Positions 46,079 through 56,421 of a DNA stretch of 64,000 bases are shown piece after piece (positions within the stretch are counted from its first letter, which is position 1; every line of letters starts with the position of its first letter). Source of the DNA: Minisyncoccota bacterium (lineage in GTDB: Bacteria > Patescibacteriota > Minisyncoccia > Moranbacterales > UBA1568); NCBI GenBank assembly GCA_051306005.1, contig JBPPMJ010000002.1, forward strand, positions 437 through 64,436, written 5' to 3'. The notes below the pieces were generated by a model that saw only the letters and a list, made by a program, of their open reading frames with translations, ran no database searches and was not told the DNA's origin. The position numbers and the translations under genes were made by a program.

Positions 46079-48730
46079 TTGATTTCTGACAGTAATCCAT
46101 ACAATACTCTTATGGCCCTCACCCAAGTCAAACGGAGAAACGGAGAAATTATCGCCTTTGATCGCATGCGTATCGAACACGCTATCGAACTCGCTTGTGA
46201 CGCAATTGGAGAAACAGATAAAGCCTTTATTCCAATGATGACTGACGCTATCGTGGCAGATCTTTTGCTCTCATGCGCCGAAGAAAATGAAAGTCATATT
46301 CCCTCTGTTGAAAAAATTCAGGATTGTGTGGAAAAACATCTCATGCGAGAGGCACGCTATGAAATTGCGAAAGCATATATCCTGTATCGCAACAAACAAA
46401 ATGAGAAGCGTGAAGAACGTAAAGAGCGGTTGATGGAACAGTTTGAAAAACGTTCCCTGAAAGTTATCAAGGCTAATGGAACAACAGAACTCTTTTCAAT
46501 CAAAAAAATCCAAGCTGTTTTTGATCGGGCTTCTCTAGGGTATGAACAAGTTTGTCCTTTTGATGACCTCCTAGAAGCTTTCAAAAAAAATATTGTTGAT
46601 GAAATCAAGACTTCAGATATCAATAAACTCTTGGTCAAAACCTGTATTGATCTCGTGAGTGTGGAAAATATCTTTTGGCAAAATATTGCTGCTAGGCTTC
46701 TGCTCGGAAATCTTTACAAACAAGCCACCAAGCACCGTCAGCTGAAACAAGAAGAAATATATTCTCCTAAAGCCTACAAAGCACTTTTTGATGATTACAT
46801 TGCTCAAGGGCTTTATTATAAGGATTTTTATCAGTATTACAGCCCAGAAGATATTCTGGAAGCGGGGAAAAAACTTTCGCTTGAGACAGATCAGTGCTAC
46901 GAATACACGACGGTTGTTTCTTTTGCAAAACGTTATTTGTTGAATCCAAACAAGCGGATCATGGAACTTCCACAAGAAATGTATATGTCAGTCGCTCTAT
47001 TCTTAGCTATTCCAGAAAAAACAGAGGACCGTCTGGCTTTTGCATTCAAAATATATGAGCACTGTTCCAAGCAACGTATTTCTTTACCAACTCCCACGCT
47101 TCTTAATGCGCGCACCAATTATCATCAATTATCCAGTTGTTTTAAAATAAATGTTGATGATGATTTGCGCGGTATCTATCATGCGGTGGAAAATATGGCG
47201 CAAATTTCCAAATTTGGCGGAGGAGTTGGTGTATATCTGGGTAACATTCGTGCTCGTGGTAGCGCTATTCGTGGAGTACAAGGTATGTCTGGTGGCGTCA
47301 ATCCATGGGCCAAGGTGATTAATGACACTGCCGTAGCCGTCAATCAATTGGGGGCGCGTCTAGGAGCAATTTCTATCACGCTTGATATCTGGCACTTGGA
47401 TATTTATGATTTTCTTGATTTGCAAACAGAGACGGGTGATATTCGCGCCAAAGCGTTCGATGTGTTTCCTGCTGTTTCTATTCCAGATCTTTTCATGAAA
47501 CGTCTGAAGGAAGATGCGGATGTAACACTTTTTGATCCACACGAAGTCTCTTCTCTCTATGCGGGGAGATGTTTACAGGATACTTTCAATCAGGAGTTTG
47601 AAGACTTTTATCTTACTCTTGAACAAGACACTCGTTTGAATATGAAAAAAACAGTTAAGGCAAAAGAAATTTTTAAAAAATTTCTCAAGTCTACCGTAGA
47701 AACGGGAATGCCCTACGTATTCTTCCGCGATACTGTCAATCGTCTCAATCCCAATAAACACGTCGGTAATATCTATTCCACACAACTCTGTACAGAAATT
47801 TGCCAAAATACCTCCGCTACCAAATTCCTGGAAGAAGTGATTGAGGATGGAAAGATCGTGATACGTTATGAACCAGGTGACCTCGTCGTTTGTAACTTGG
47901 CTTCTATTAATATTGCAACTGTGTATGAGCCAACCGTCATCGCCCAGGTTTTTCCAGTGGTAATGCGTATTTTGGACAATGTGATTACTCTCAACTATTA
48001 TCCAGTTCAAGAGGCGCGTCGTACAGCTATGCGCTATCGTAGCATTGGACTCGGGTATCTCGGACTTGCGGAATACCTCGCCACACATCAACTTGCCTAT
48101 GATAGTGCTGAGGCGCGTCAGGAAGCAGAGAGATTATTTGAACGCTACGCTTTTCATACCTATCGCGCGTCTATTGATCTTGCTAAAGAACGCGGTGCCT
48201 ATACACTCTATCCCGGGAGTGAATATTCTCAAGGCATTTTGTTGGGTCGTACTGCGGAGTGGTTTCAAGAGCACACACCCTTCGGAAAAGAATGGACGAC
48301 GTTGTTTGCTGATATGCAAACACATGGAGTACGTTTTGGCTATCATACGGCACCAGCTCCAAATACTTCGACAGCCGGCGTTGTCGGCACCACTGCCGCT
48401 CTTTTACCGATTTACAAAAAATTCTTCATTGAGACCAACCTTTCAGCACCTACCATTCGCGTCGCTCCAAAACTCTCCAAGGAAAACTTCTGGTTTTACA
48501 AAGAATATATCAATATGAATATGAATGACGTCATTGACATGATGTCTACCATTTATCCTTGGATCGATCAATCTATTTCTTTTGAATGGATGATTGATCC
48601 TGCTAAAGTGAGTCCCGCTCAACTCTATAGTTATTATGTAAAGTCATGGGAACAAGGTATCAAAACTATTTATTATGTACGAAGTCTATCCGCTGAAGTT
48701 AAAGATGATTGTGTGAGTTGTAGTGGTTAA
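46079..48730 (+). CDS. nrdA: Ribonucleoside-diphosphate reductase class I alpha subunit
   Basis: N-terminal ATP-cone (VKRRNGEIIAFDRMRIEHAI), 883 aa, and a C-terminal CVSCSG redox tail. Confidence 0.85.
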   Translation: MISDSNPYNTLMALTQVKRRNGEIIAFDRMRIEHAIELACDAIGETDKAFIPMMTDAIVADLLLSCAEENESHIPSVEKIQDCVEKHLMREARYEIAKAYILYRNKQNEKREERKERLMEQFEKRSLKVIKANGTTELFSIKKIQAVFDRASLGYEQVCPFDDLLEAFKKNIVDEIKTSDINKLLVKTCIDLVSVENIFWQNIAARLLLGNLYKQATKHRQLKQEEIYSPKAYKALFDDYIAQGLYYKDFYQYYSPEDILEAGKKLSLETDQCYEYTTVVSFAKRYLLNPNKRIMELPQEMYMSVALFLAIPEKTEDRLAFAFKIYEHCSKQRISLPTPTLLNARTNYHQLSSCFKINVDDDLRGIYHAVENMAQISKFGGGVGVYLGNIRARGSAIRGVQGMSGGVNPWAKVINDTAVAVNQLGARLGAISITLDIWHLDIYDFLDLQTETGDIRAKAFDVFPAVSIPDLFMKRLKEDADVTLFDPHEVSSLYAGRCLQDTFNQEFEDFYLTLEQDTRLNMKKTVKAKEIFKKFLKSTVETGMPYVFFRDTVNRLNPNKHVGNIYSTQLCTEICQNTSATKFLEEVIEDGKIVIRYEPGDLVVCNLASINIATVYEPTVIAQVFPVVMRILDNVITLNYYPVQEARRTAMRYRSIGLGYLGLAEYLATHQLAYDSAEARQEAERLFERYAFHTYRASIDLAKERGAYTLYPGSEYSQGILLGRTAEWFQEHTPFGKEWTTLFADMQTHGVRFGYHTAPAPNTSTAGVVGTTAALLPIYKKFFIETNLSAPTIRVAPKLSKENFWFYKEYINMNMNDVIDMMSTIYPWIDQSISFEWMIDPAKVSPAQLYSYYVKSWEQGIKTIYYVRSLSAEVKDDCVSCSG

Positions 48731-48775
48731 TAGTCTTCTTTTCTAATTGATTCATGTGGCATACAGCGAGTTCTT

Positions 48776-49873
48776 TTGAAAAATCTCTTCCATGAGAAAA
48801 CCTATTCATTTTATCAAGGCACAAGACGTATGAACGATGTAATGCAACACAATCTCCTCTTTAATCCACAAGGAAATGATACTGTATCGGATCGAACGAT
48901 TATCAAGGGAGCTACAACGGGACTCTTCAATCTCAATACAACGAAATATCCATGGGCCAAGTCCCTGTATCAAGTGATGGTTGGTAATTTTTGGCTTCCG
49001 GAAAAAGTTTCTGGCCTCAAAGATGATATGCGTATGTTTCATGATGATCTATCCCCAGAGGAACAAAGAGCATATAAAGGTATCCTATCATTTCTTATTT
49101 TTTTGGATTCCATTCAGACCATCAATCTTCCGCATTTTTCCGATTATATAACTTCACCTGAAGTGAACTTGATACTTTCTATTCAAGCATATCAAGAAGC
49201 CATCCATTCACAATCATATGCTACTATTTTAGAGTCAGTGGTAGAAAGTAAAGAACGTGATGAAATCTATTATTTTTGGCGTACCGACAAAGTACTCTTG
49301 GAACGCAACACGTACATTGGTCAAATATATCAAGATTTTGTCGATCACCCTTCCGATACTCATTTTTTTCGAGGAATTGTTGCTAATTTTCTCTTGGAAT
49401 CCATCTATTTCTACAACGGTTTTGCTTTTTTTGATACATTGGTAGATCGAATGAAGATGCTAGCAACTGGCCGAATGATTGCCTATATTAGGAGAGATGA
49501 ATTAACTCATATTACGATTTTTGCCAATATCATCCGTGAAATTCGCAAGGAATTTCCCGATCTCTATAATGAGACACTTATTAAAGACATGATGAAAATC
49601 GCTGTTGAACAAGAAATTGAGTGGAGTAAGCACATTTTAGGTAATCGTATCCCTGGTATCAACAGTGAAACAATGCAACAGTACACAGAATGGCTTGCTA
49701 ATAATCGTCTCGCAATGCTTAATATTAGTCCACTCTATCCAGAGGCCATGGTCAATCCTTACAAACACTTAGATCGACTTCAAGACACCAACAGCGATAA
49801 AGGGAATTTCTTTGAAACAACGGTGGTTAATTATACACAGTCTAGTGGTCTCAATGGCAGTTGGGATTTTTGA
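48776..49873 (+). CDS. nrdB: Ribonucleotide reductase class I beta subunit (di-iron)
   Basis: Iron ligand motifs QEAIHSQSY, ESIYFYNGFAFF and RDELTHITIF. Confidence 0.8.
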   Translation: MKNLFHEKTYSFYQGTRRMNDVMQHNLLFNPQGNDTVSDRTIIKGATTGLFNLNTTKYPWAKSLYQVMVGNFWLPEKVSGLKDDMRMFHDDLSPEEQRAYKGILSFLIFLDSIQTINLPHFSDYITSPEVNLILSIQAYQEAIHSQSYATILESVVESKERDEIYYFWRTDKVLLERNTYIGQIYQDFVDHPSDTHFFRGIVANFLLESIYFYNGFAFFDTLVDRMKMLATGRMIAYIRRDELTHITIFANIIREIRKEFPDLYNETLIKDMMKIAVEQEIEWSKHILGNRIPGINSETMQQYTEWLANNRLAMLNISPLYPEAMVNPYKHLDRLQDTNSDKGNFFETTVVNYTQSSGLNGSWDF

Positions 49874-49946
49874 TGATTGGTAGAATATTCACGGGCATTC
49901 TTTTCAAAAAATATCTGTTTATGTGCTATACTAATGACACATAAGT

Positions 49947-50858
49947 TTGTGTATGCGCAAAAATAAAAATACTTTCATTGGTGTTGGTATATTTCTCTTA
50001 TTTATGACGGGCCTCTTTTTGAGTGTTCCGCCTGTTTTGGCGCAAACCAATGAAGGGTTACAGTATACACTCTTAGAAAAAATCCCGGGCTTCAATAGTC
50101 TCGATGGCAGTGATTTTCCAGGCTATATCAAGGCTATCTATCGTCTTGCTCTGATTATCATTGTTTTATCGGCTGTTGTGATGATTTCTATCGGTGGATT
50201 TATGTATCTTACCAGCGCCGGTAACACCTCTGCCCTCGGATCCGCAAAAGGCGTAATTTATGACGCTATCATCGGGCTCGTTATCGCTTTGGTCGCTTGG
50301 CTTCTTCTTAATGTTATCAATCCTGACCTGGTCAACATAAGTATCAATAGTCTTTCTCCCGTTACGCTTCCTACACCCGCGCCGACACCACCCGGTGCGC
50401 CACCTGCAACACCACCGGGGACCCCGCCAGCAGGAAGCGGTACTGGTTGTGGTGGATATAGCGTCAGTGGCATTAATAGTAGTCAGTGTAGCGATGCTTC
50501 ACAAGGTCTATCTGATATTTTACAATGCATGAATAATAAATTCCCTGGTACAAAACTTACGAGTATCAGTGATAGTGCTGGATTTAGTACTTGTAAAAAT
50601 AATTGGAATGACTCAGCATGCGCACATAGCAAAACCTCTTGTCATTACGGTGGTGGAGCATCAAAAACCGCTTCAGAGTGTCAAAAATCACAAGCAGCTG
50701 ATATATCAATCAGAGGGGCTAGTGGGGCGGTTGATCTCAACATGGCTAGAGCTATTAAATCAGCCGCTTCCGCATGTGGAGCGCGCGTAAACGATGAGTC
50801 AGGCACTTCCGCACCTCATATTCACATCAGTGCTCCAACGAATTGTTGCAATAAATAA
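49947..50858 (+). CDS. Secreted/membrane protein: N-terminal signal peptide plus two hydrophobic helices (VirB2/TrbC-pilin-like topology), Pro-rich linker, Cys-rich C-terminal domain
   Basis: A VPPVLA-QTN signal cleavage site, hydrophobic helices, PTPAPTPPGAPPATPPGTPP, and about 12 Cys in the C-terminal 150 aa. Confidence 0.35.
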   Translation: MCMRKNKNTFIGVGIFLLFMTGLFLSVPPVLAQTNEGLQYTLLEKIPGFNSLDGSDFPGYIKAIYRLALIIIVLSAVVMISIGGFMYLTSAGNTSALGSAKGVIYDAIIGLVIALVAWLLLNVINPDLVNISINSLSPVTLPTPAPTPPGAPPATPPGTPPAGSGTGCGGYSVSGINSSQCSDASQGLSDILQCMNNKFPGTKLTSISDSAGFSTCKNNWNDSACAHSKTSCHYGGGASKTASECQKSQAADISIRGASGAVDLNMARAIKSAASACGARVNDESGTSAPHIHISAPTNCCNK

Positions 50859-50890
50859 AACATTCATTCAAAATAGCGCTTCTTTACGTT

Positions 50891-52033
50891 ATGAAAAAGA
50901 TATTTTATTTTTCTTCCGGCTTTTTAATACTTTTTCTGATTTTTTGGTTAGCTTATAATTTTGCTTTCAAAAACAATATCAATAACCCCAGCATCACAAG
51001 TTCTGAAACTGATACTTTGATACAGCAAAATGATTTTTCAAAAAATGTACCATCTGCTACGGTTGTTTTTACCAATCCTCTCAATGAAAGCCTGTTAGGT
51101 GCTACTGTTTCAGCTAATAATCGTCTCTTTTATTATTCTTTGGATGATCAATCCATAAAATCCGCCTCTCTAGAAGGAAAGGATAAAGAAGTATTGATGA
51201 GTCATTTACCTGGTACACCGGAGCGCATCATCTGGTCACCCAAAAAAGATCAGGCGCTTTTGTTACTCAAACAAGGATCAATGAGTTTGTGGCACTTGAT
51301 TGACATCGGAACCAAAACACTCACGCCTCTCAAAACAGAAATGTCCCGTATCGTTTGGAATAATCTAGGTGATAAGATTTTGTATCAATACACCGATCAA
51401 GTTACCAAAAAACGTACTTTAAATATTTCCGATCCTGATGGAAAAAATTGGAAAACACTCACTGACATTAAATCAGATTCCTTTATTGCTCCTATCCCTC
51501 AAAGCACGAGTATCTCTTTTTGGAACAAACCCAATGCTTTGGAAAAAACTTTTTTTGAAAGTATTTCTGTTCTTGGAGGAGACCGCCGTATCTTGCTGAC
51601 GGAAAAATTTGGCGCAGATTACCTCTGGTCTCCTGATGGGGATAAAGTATTGGTAAGCGCAACCACCAGCAAAGGAGGTGGCATGGTCTTGCTTCAGAGT
51701 ATGAATAGTAATGGAGGGGAGCTTAAAAGCCTGTCTGTGCCCACGCTCATATCAAAAGCAGTCTGGTCGAGTGACGGAAAAACCATCTACTATGCCCTAC
51801 CTGGAGCCTTGCCTGAAAACGTTATGTTGCCTAATGATTATTTTGAGAAGCCCATTTTTACCAAGGATACGTTCTGGAAAATCGATACATCCACTGGCAA
51901 GCAAAGTCGCCTCGTCGATCTTCAGGATATTACCCAAAATATAGATAGTGCTGATCTTTTTCTCTCACCTAAAGAGGACATACTCTTTTTTACCAATCGC
52001 AATACACGAAAATTATATCGCATTGATCTTTAG
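50891..52033 (+). CDS. Membrane-anchored TolB-like beta-propeller (PD40 repeat) protein
   Basis: An N-terminal anchor and repeated WSPKKD / WSPDGDKVL / WSSDGKTIYY propeller blades. Confidence 0.5.
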   Translation: MKKIFYFSSGFLILFLIFWLAYNFAFKNNINNPSITSSETDTLIQQNDFSKNVPSATVVFTNPLNESLLGATVSANNRLFYYSLDDQSIKSASLEGKDKEVLMSHLPGTPERIIWSPKKDQALLLLKQGSMSLWHLIDIGTKTLTPLKTEMSRIVWNNLGDKILYQYTDQVTKKRTLNISDPDGKNWKTLTDIKSDSFIAPIPQSTSISFWNKPNALEKTFFESISVLGGDRRILLTEKFGADYLWSPDGDKVLVSATTSKGGGMVLLQSMNSNGGELKSLSVPTLISKAVWSSDGKTIYYALPGALPENVMLPNDYFEKPIFTKDTFWKIDTSTGKQSRLVDLQDITQNIDSADLFLSPKEDILFFTNRNTRKLYRIDL

Positions 52034-53340
52034 AAACGTTGTGGTGTCTTGGTATCGTTCTTTTTGTTCCTTTGTAGAGGATCCACTGATAGTATTTGGG
52101 TGCAGAGTGTCATACCCAATCCTACAATAATCCAAAATGTGAACGCAGAATCTGTCTTGAAGAAAGGGGTATCAGTAAATCCCAGAAAGAAAAAAAACGT
52201 GAGTAGTGCTATAAGCGTCGTACTTATCTGTCGTACAATAACATCATCGCATTGATGCCGACATCGAAACATATACCAAAACCAAAACATTCCTAGCAAT
52301 AAAAAACTCACCATACCAATGATGCTTGTTTGCAACCAAAGTGCCAAGAACAGATTATGTGGTTGAGGAACGGCCCATTCCAAATAGGGCGGAAAGTGTG
52401 GTTGATACAATAAGTACATCTCTTGAAAGCGCCCCAAGCCGATTCCAAAAATAGGCTGATCAGCAATCATATACAAAGAAACATTCCAGATTATTATTCG
52501 TGAAGCCATCGAAGAATGTGTGTTATATTGCGTCAGCGATTGCCACTTTTCACTATCAATTTCAAAAAAAATCAGCCCAATAGCGATCACAAGCACTACC
52601 ATAAGCGACAGTATACCCTGTTTTCCAAAAAAAGATTTTCGGTACGTCATAAGCAAAAAAGCGAGTACTGAAACAAAGAGTGCCCCCCATGCCGTATAAG
52701 AATGTGTCAAAAAAATAGCGATGCTAAAAACACTGAGAAGAAAGGATATTCCTATTCGAGAATATTTTTGATGGGATTGTGAAAAAGAGAAAAAGAAGTG
52801 GAGCGCCAACAATATACCAGGAGCTAAAAAGAAGGCTAAATAATTCGGAGAAGTATACCATCCAGCCAAACGATTATCATAGGTCAGCGTTCCTTGTACA
52901 AAAAATATCAAACTGAAAATGGCACTGACACTATTCACTGCCAACCAAACACCGAATATGTTTTGATAGTGTTGTACGGTGGGTTGTGTTTGATGCCAAA
53001 GCCACATCCAGAGTAGTGGCATCACAAACCATGTTTTCAGCATTCCTAAACCCGTCAATGTGAATGGATTCAGAAAAAAAGAAAGAAGAGTTCCTGTTAA
53101 GAAGAGTATGAGAGTCAATGTAAAAGGGCGAGGATATTGAGAAAACTGAACACGAGTGAACTCCCTTGACCAACACCCAACGACATATGATATACAAGCT
53201 AAAATAATCGGTATTTCAATGCTGTAGACAGGAATGCCAACTATATTCCATTTTATATGAGCGAATGGTAAACATATAACACTCAGTAGCAATAAAATAT
53301 GCATCTGCGCTCTGATTGATAAAAAAAGTTTCTTATACAT
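52030..53340 (-). CDS. O-antigen ligase (Wzy_C) family membrane protein
   Basis: At least 10 TM; QPHNLFLALWLQTSIIGMVSFLL C-terminal block. Confidence 0.6.
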   Translation of the reverse strand: MYKKLFLSIRAQMHILLLLSVICLPFAHIKWNIVGIPVYSIEIPIILACISYVVGCWSREFTRVQFSQYPRPFTLTLILFLTGTLLSFFLNPFTLTGLGMLKTWFVMPLLWMWLWHQTQPTVQHYQNIFGVWLAVNSVSAIFSLIFFVQGTLTYDNRLAGWYTSPNYLAFFLAPGILLALHFFFSFSQSHQKYSRIGISFLLSVFSIAIFLTHSYTAWGALFVSVLAFLLMTYRKSFFGKQGILSLMVVLVIAIGLIFFEIDSEKWQSLTQYNTHSSMASRIIIWNVSLYMIADQPIFGIGLGRFQEMYLLYQPHFPPYLEWAVPQPHNLFLALWLQTSIIGMVSFLLLGMFWFWYMFRCRHQCDDVIVRQISTTLIALLTFFFFLGFTDTPFFKTDSAFTFWIIVGLGMTLCTQILSVDPLQRNKKNDTKTPQRF

Positions 53341-54628
53341 ACTTTTTAGTTGTTACACTAGAAGAAGCAGGGAGGAGGCACAGCGCCATAAGTATATAAA
53401 GGAGTGGAAGGATATGCACTGAGAAGAGTGGTGTTTCAAAAAATGCGTGGACAAGAAAAAGTGCGACAGAAGCAAAAGCTGACAAAGCAAAACGATCATG
53501 CGTGACGTGCCATTTACTCCAGGCAAAACACATTCCAAGGAGTAAAAATCCTAAAAAAAGAATTGCACCGATAACGCCAGTTTCTACGGCAATATCTAGA
53601 AAAAAATTATGTGCATAGATAGGCTCACGATAAAATGCGCTTGGTTTGACAACTAATGGATAATTGCCAAGCCCAATACCGATCCAAGGATGCGTAGAAA
53701 GTACTTGTCCTGCTTCTTGCCACAAACGCAAACGTTCAGCGTTGGACCCCTCTACCAACGAAAAGCTGGTCAAAAAACGGGCGCCAATGGGACTGAACGC
53801 GCATATAAGTATGCTGAGAACAAAAAAAGCGCTTACCCTGAAAAAATATTTATTTATAAATCCACGCCAAGGAACGGAAGAAAGAAAAAAGACACTAAGA
53901 CCGGCGAGTAATCCCACATACCCTCCTCGAGAAAAAGTCAACGCATCGGCAAGTAATAAAATAACAACGCAGAAAATATTAAGAAGGCGCTGTTTGCCCG
54001 TACTTTCAAAAAAAAGTGTCAAAGCAAAGGGAATCGTCATTCCGAAAAAAAAGGCTGTAATGTGCGGATCGGGGAAAAATACGGATGTGCGCAACATTGT
54101 ATGTCCAGAAATATTGACCAATAAGCTTGGATAATTGGCGACGGTGCCACTAAATTCCATCCCCAAAAAAAATGGAAGGATAGAATGTACGAGGAAAAAA
54201 AACACTTTCTCTACCCCAAAAAGAAATTGTGCCACAAAAATACCGAGTCCGATGCTGGCGGAAACAGTCGCACTGTATACCCAAAATGTATAAAATGTTT
54301 GACGAAGGTGCTTATCCTGTAGTGTTGCATAAAAGACAAGAAACAAAGGTGCGAATGTGAGTAAAAACAATGCCTTTCTCATAGCCCATAAGGGATTTTC
54401 CGCCCACAGAAATGAACCAGTACTCCAGAAAAGAAACGCTGTAAGAAGAAAAAGTATTCGAGCTGGTGGAAGAATGAAATTTCGATGTGTCAGGCTACGC
54501 ACCATCCACCAAAGAAAAAGGCTCAAAGAAAAGAGACGAATAACCGCTAGGTCAATCCCTGGGGCCGGAGAAAGTGCAAATTGAAAGGGGAGAAAGACGA
54601 TAAAAAAGAGGACAAAAAAATCAAACAT
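53333..54628 (-). CDS. O-antigen ligase (Wzy_C) family membrane protein
   Basis: TFSRGGYVGLLAGLSVF and HNFFLDIAVETGVIGAILF signature blocks. Confidence 0.65.
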   Translation of the reverse strand: MFDFFVLFFIVFLPFQFALSPAPGIDLAVIRLFSLSLFLWWMVRSLTHRNFILPPARILFLLTAFLFWSTGSFLWAENPLWAMRKALFLLTFAPLFLVFYATLQDKHLRQTFYTFWVYSATVSASIGLGIFVAQFLFGVEKVFFFLVHSILPFFLGMEFSGTVANYPSLLVNISGHTMLRTSVFFPDPHITAFFFGMTIPFALTLFFESTGKQRLLNIFCVVILLLADALTFSRGGYVGLLAGLSVFFLSSVPWRGFINKYFFRVSAFFVLSILICAFSPIGARFLTSFSLVEGSNAERLRLWQEAGQVLSTHPWIGIGLGNYPLVVKPSAFYREPIYAHNFFLDIAVETGVIGAILFLGFLLLGMCFAWSKWHVTHDRFALSAFASVALFLVHAFFETPLFSVHILPLLYILMALCLLPASSSVTTKKYV

Positions 54629-54729
54629 ATCAGTCTAAAAATGATTTCTCTTTATAGTAACACCCTTGCGTATGAATAGAAACATAACACTGATATTGAA
54701 TGCTAAAAATGAACGAAAAGACAAGGCTG

Positions 54730-55539
54730 TTAGTTTGTGGATATACGTCGGCGACAGCACCATTGTAAAGCAATAAGCACACACTGTTCCCAATACGGAC
54801 GATGTTTTTGAAAATACAGACGTTGAGAGGCAGAAAAATAAACTTTTTGTTTTTGTTTCGATGCCTGACTCTTTCCGCCAAAATGCAACAAAGGTAACTC
54901 TGTATGATGAATTACCTGAAAATTTCGATGGCATATCCGAGTACAAAGATCGGTATCCTCAAAATACAAGAAAAATTGCTTATCAAAACCGCCTATATTA
55001 CAAAACAAGTCTTTCCGCACACAGAGACCGCATCCGCTGACCCAATCCACTTGCGTGAATGGTTTTTGTGTTTCAACTATTCCTCTTGATGGAAAAATAT
55101 TGTTCCAAAAAAGACGCTTAAGACTTGGGGTGTGCCCAAAACTCCATTTTTCGATACAATGTTGATTATCTATTACTGTCATTCCAAGAACACCGAAACG
55201 GGGATGTTGCAGGAAAATATTATAAATATCTTGCAAAAATACCCCTTGCCATACAGTGTCAGGATTCACAAAAATAAGAATCTCGCCTCGCGCCTCATGA
55301 GCGCCTCTATTACTTCCTTGACCAAAACCGATATTCCTCCCACTTTCTATGATGATACAGTTCATTTGATGACACAAGCGTTGTAATGTTACGCTCTCCC
55401 GTGGATCATTATTCACAACAATGATTTCAAAAAATTCTCTTCGCGTCTCCAATGTCACGATACTTTTGAGAGCAGTCGCAAGATATTGGGCACTTTTATA
55501 ATTGACAAATATAAGTGAAATGTGGGGCTTATTTTCCAT
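54730..55539 (-). CDS. Glycosyltransferase family 2
   Basis: HISLIFVNYKSAQYL (GT-A N-terminus) and the DxD region. Start trimmed to the internal Met. Confidence 0.7.
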   Translation of the reverse strand: MENKPHISLIFVNYKSAQYLATALKSIVTLETRREFFEIIVVNNDPRESVTLQRLCHQMNCIIIESGRNIGFGQGSNRGAHEARGEILIFVNPDTVWQGVFLQDIYNIFLQHPRFGVLGMTVIDNQHCIEKWSFGHTPSLKRLFWNNIFPSRGIVETQKPFTQVDWVSGCGLCVRKDLFCNIGGFDKQFFLYFEDTDLCTRICHRNFQVIHHTELPLLHFGGKSQASKQKQKVYFSASQRLYFQKHRPYWEQCVLIALQWCCRRRISTN

Positions 55540-56419
55540 AAAAATAATCTTTATACGCTTGAGAGACAGAGCGGGTGACAGGGTCTTGTTTCCAACCTCT
55601 ATCAACACTATTTTTTATGATTCGTAAACCAAGATATATCCACATACTGGGACGCATGCATACAGGTGTCCAACGTTGGAAAAACATCAATCCGGAAAAA
55701 ACAAGAAAGTACGTTTTCCGCGGGCTCATCTGACTCACTTCACTATGTTCTACTCGCGCATCTGTCACAACCCGTGGGATAAATCCAGCTTGTCTCGCAC
55801 GCAGAGAATAGTCAACGTCTTCATAATACAAGAAAAATCGTTCATCCAAGAAACCAATGTGTTTTATCAGATCTCGGTGTATCAACATAGCACAACCAGT
55901 GAGGAAATCACTGGGATACTGATCCATACCACACTCTTCTTTGGTCGGTAAGACATGTTCAGCTCGCATACGAAAAAAATTCACTCTACCTTTAGCAAAC
56001 CACAAACGATTTCTTTGCGTCTCAAAGATAGTCGGACTCAGCAACACTGAAGCGGATTGTCGAGAAGCAAGTATTAAACATTTCAATGATTGCCGATCTG
56101 CCTTGGCATCAGCATTGAATAACCAACACCATTCAGCACCTCGTGTTAAAGCGTGTATTATACCGATATTCATACCCCTTGCAAAACCATAATTTTCTTC
56201 ATTCTTTATAAAGCTTAATTGAGGAAAACTATGTTGAGCCATTGCCATTGATTGATCATCAGAATTATTGTCAACGACAATAATATCCTTATAAGGATAT
56301 TCCAAATCATATAATGATTGTAGACATGCCAAAAGATACTCTGCGCCGTTATAATTCAAAACGATAATTCCTACCTTTGGAAACATTTCCATAACCGAAT
56401 ATAACCTCACCTTTCTCAA
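55529..56419 (-). CDS. Glycosyltransferase family 2
   Basis: VGIIVLNYNGAEYLLACLQSL ... DIIVVDNNSDD. Confidence 0.75.
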   Translation of the reverse strand: MRKVRLYSVMEMFPKVGIIVLNYNGAEYLLACLQSLYDLEYPYKDIIVVDNNSDDQSMAMAQHSFPQLSFIKNEENYGFARGMNIGIIHALTRGAEWCWLFNADAKADRQSLKCLILASRQSASVLLSPTIFETQRNRLWFAKGRVNFFRMRAEHVLPTKEECGMDQYPSDFLTGCAMLIHRDLIKHIGFLDERFFLYYEDVDYSLRARQAGFIPRVVTDARVEHSEVSQMSPRKTYFLVFSGLMFFQRWTPVCMRPSMWIYLGLRIIKNSVDRGWKQDPVTRSVSQAYKDYFYGK

Positions 56420-56421
56420 AA

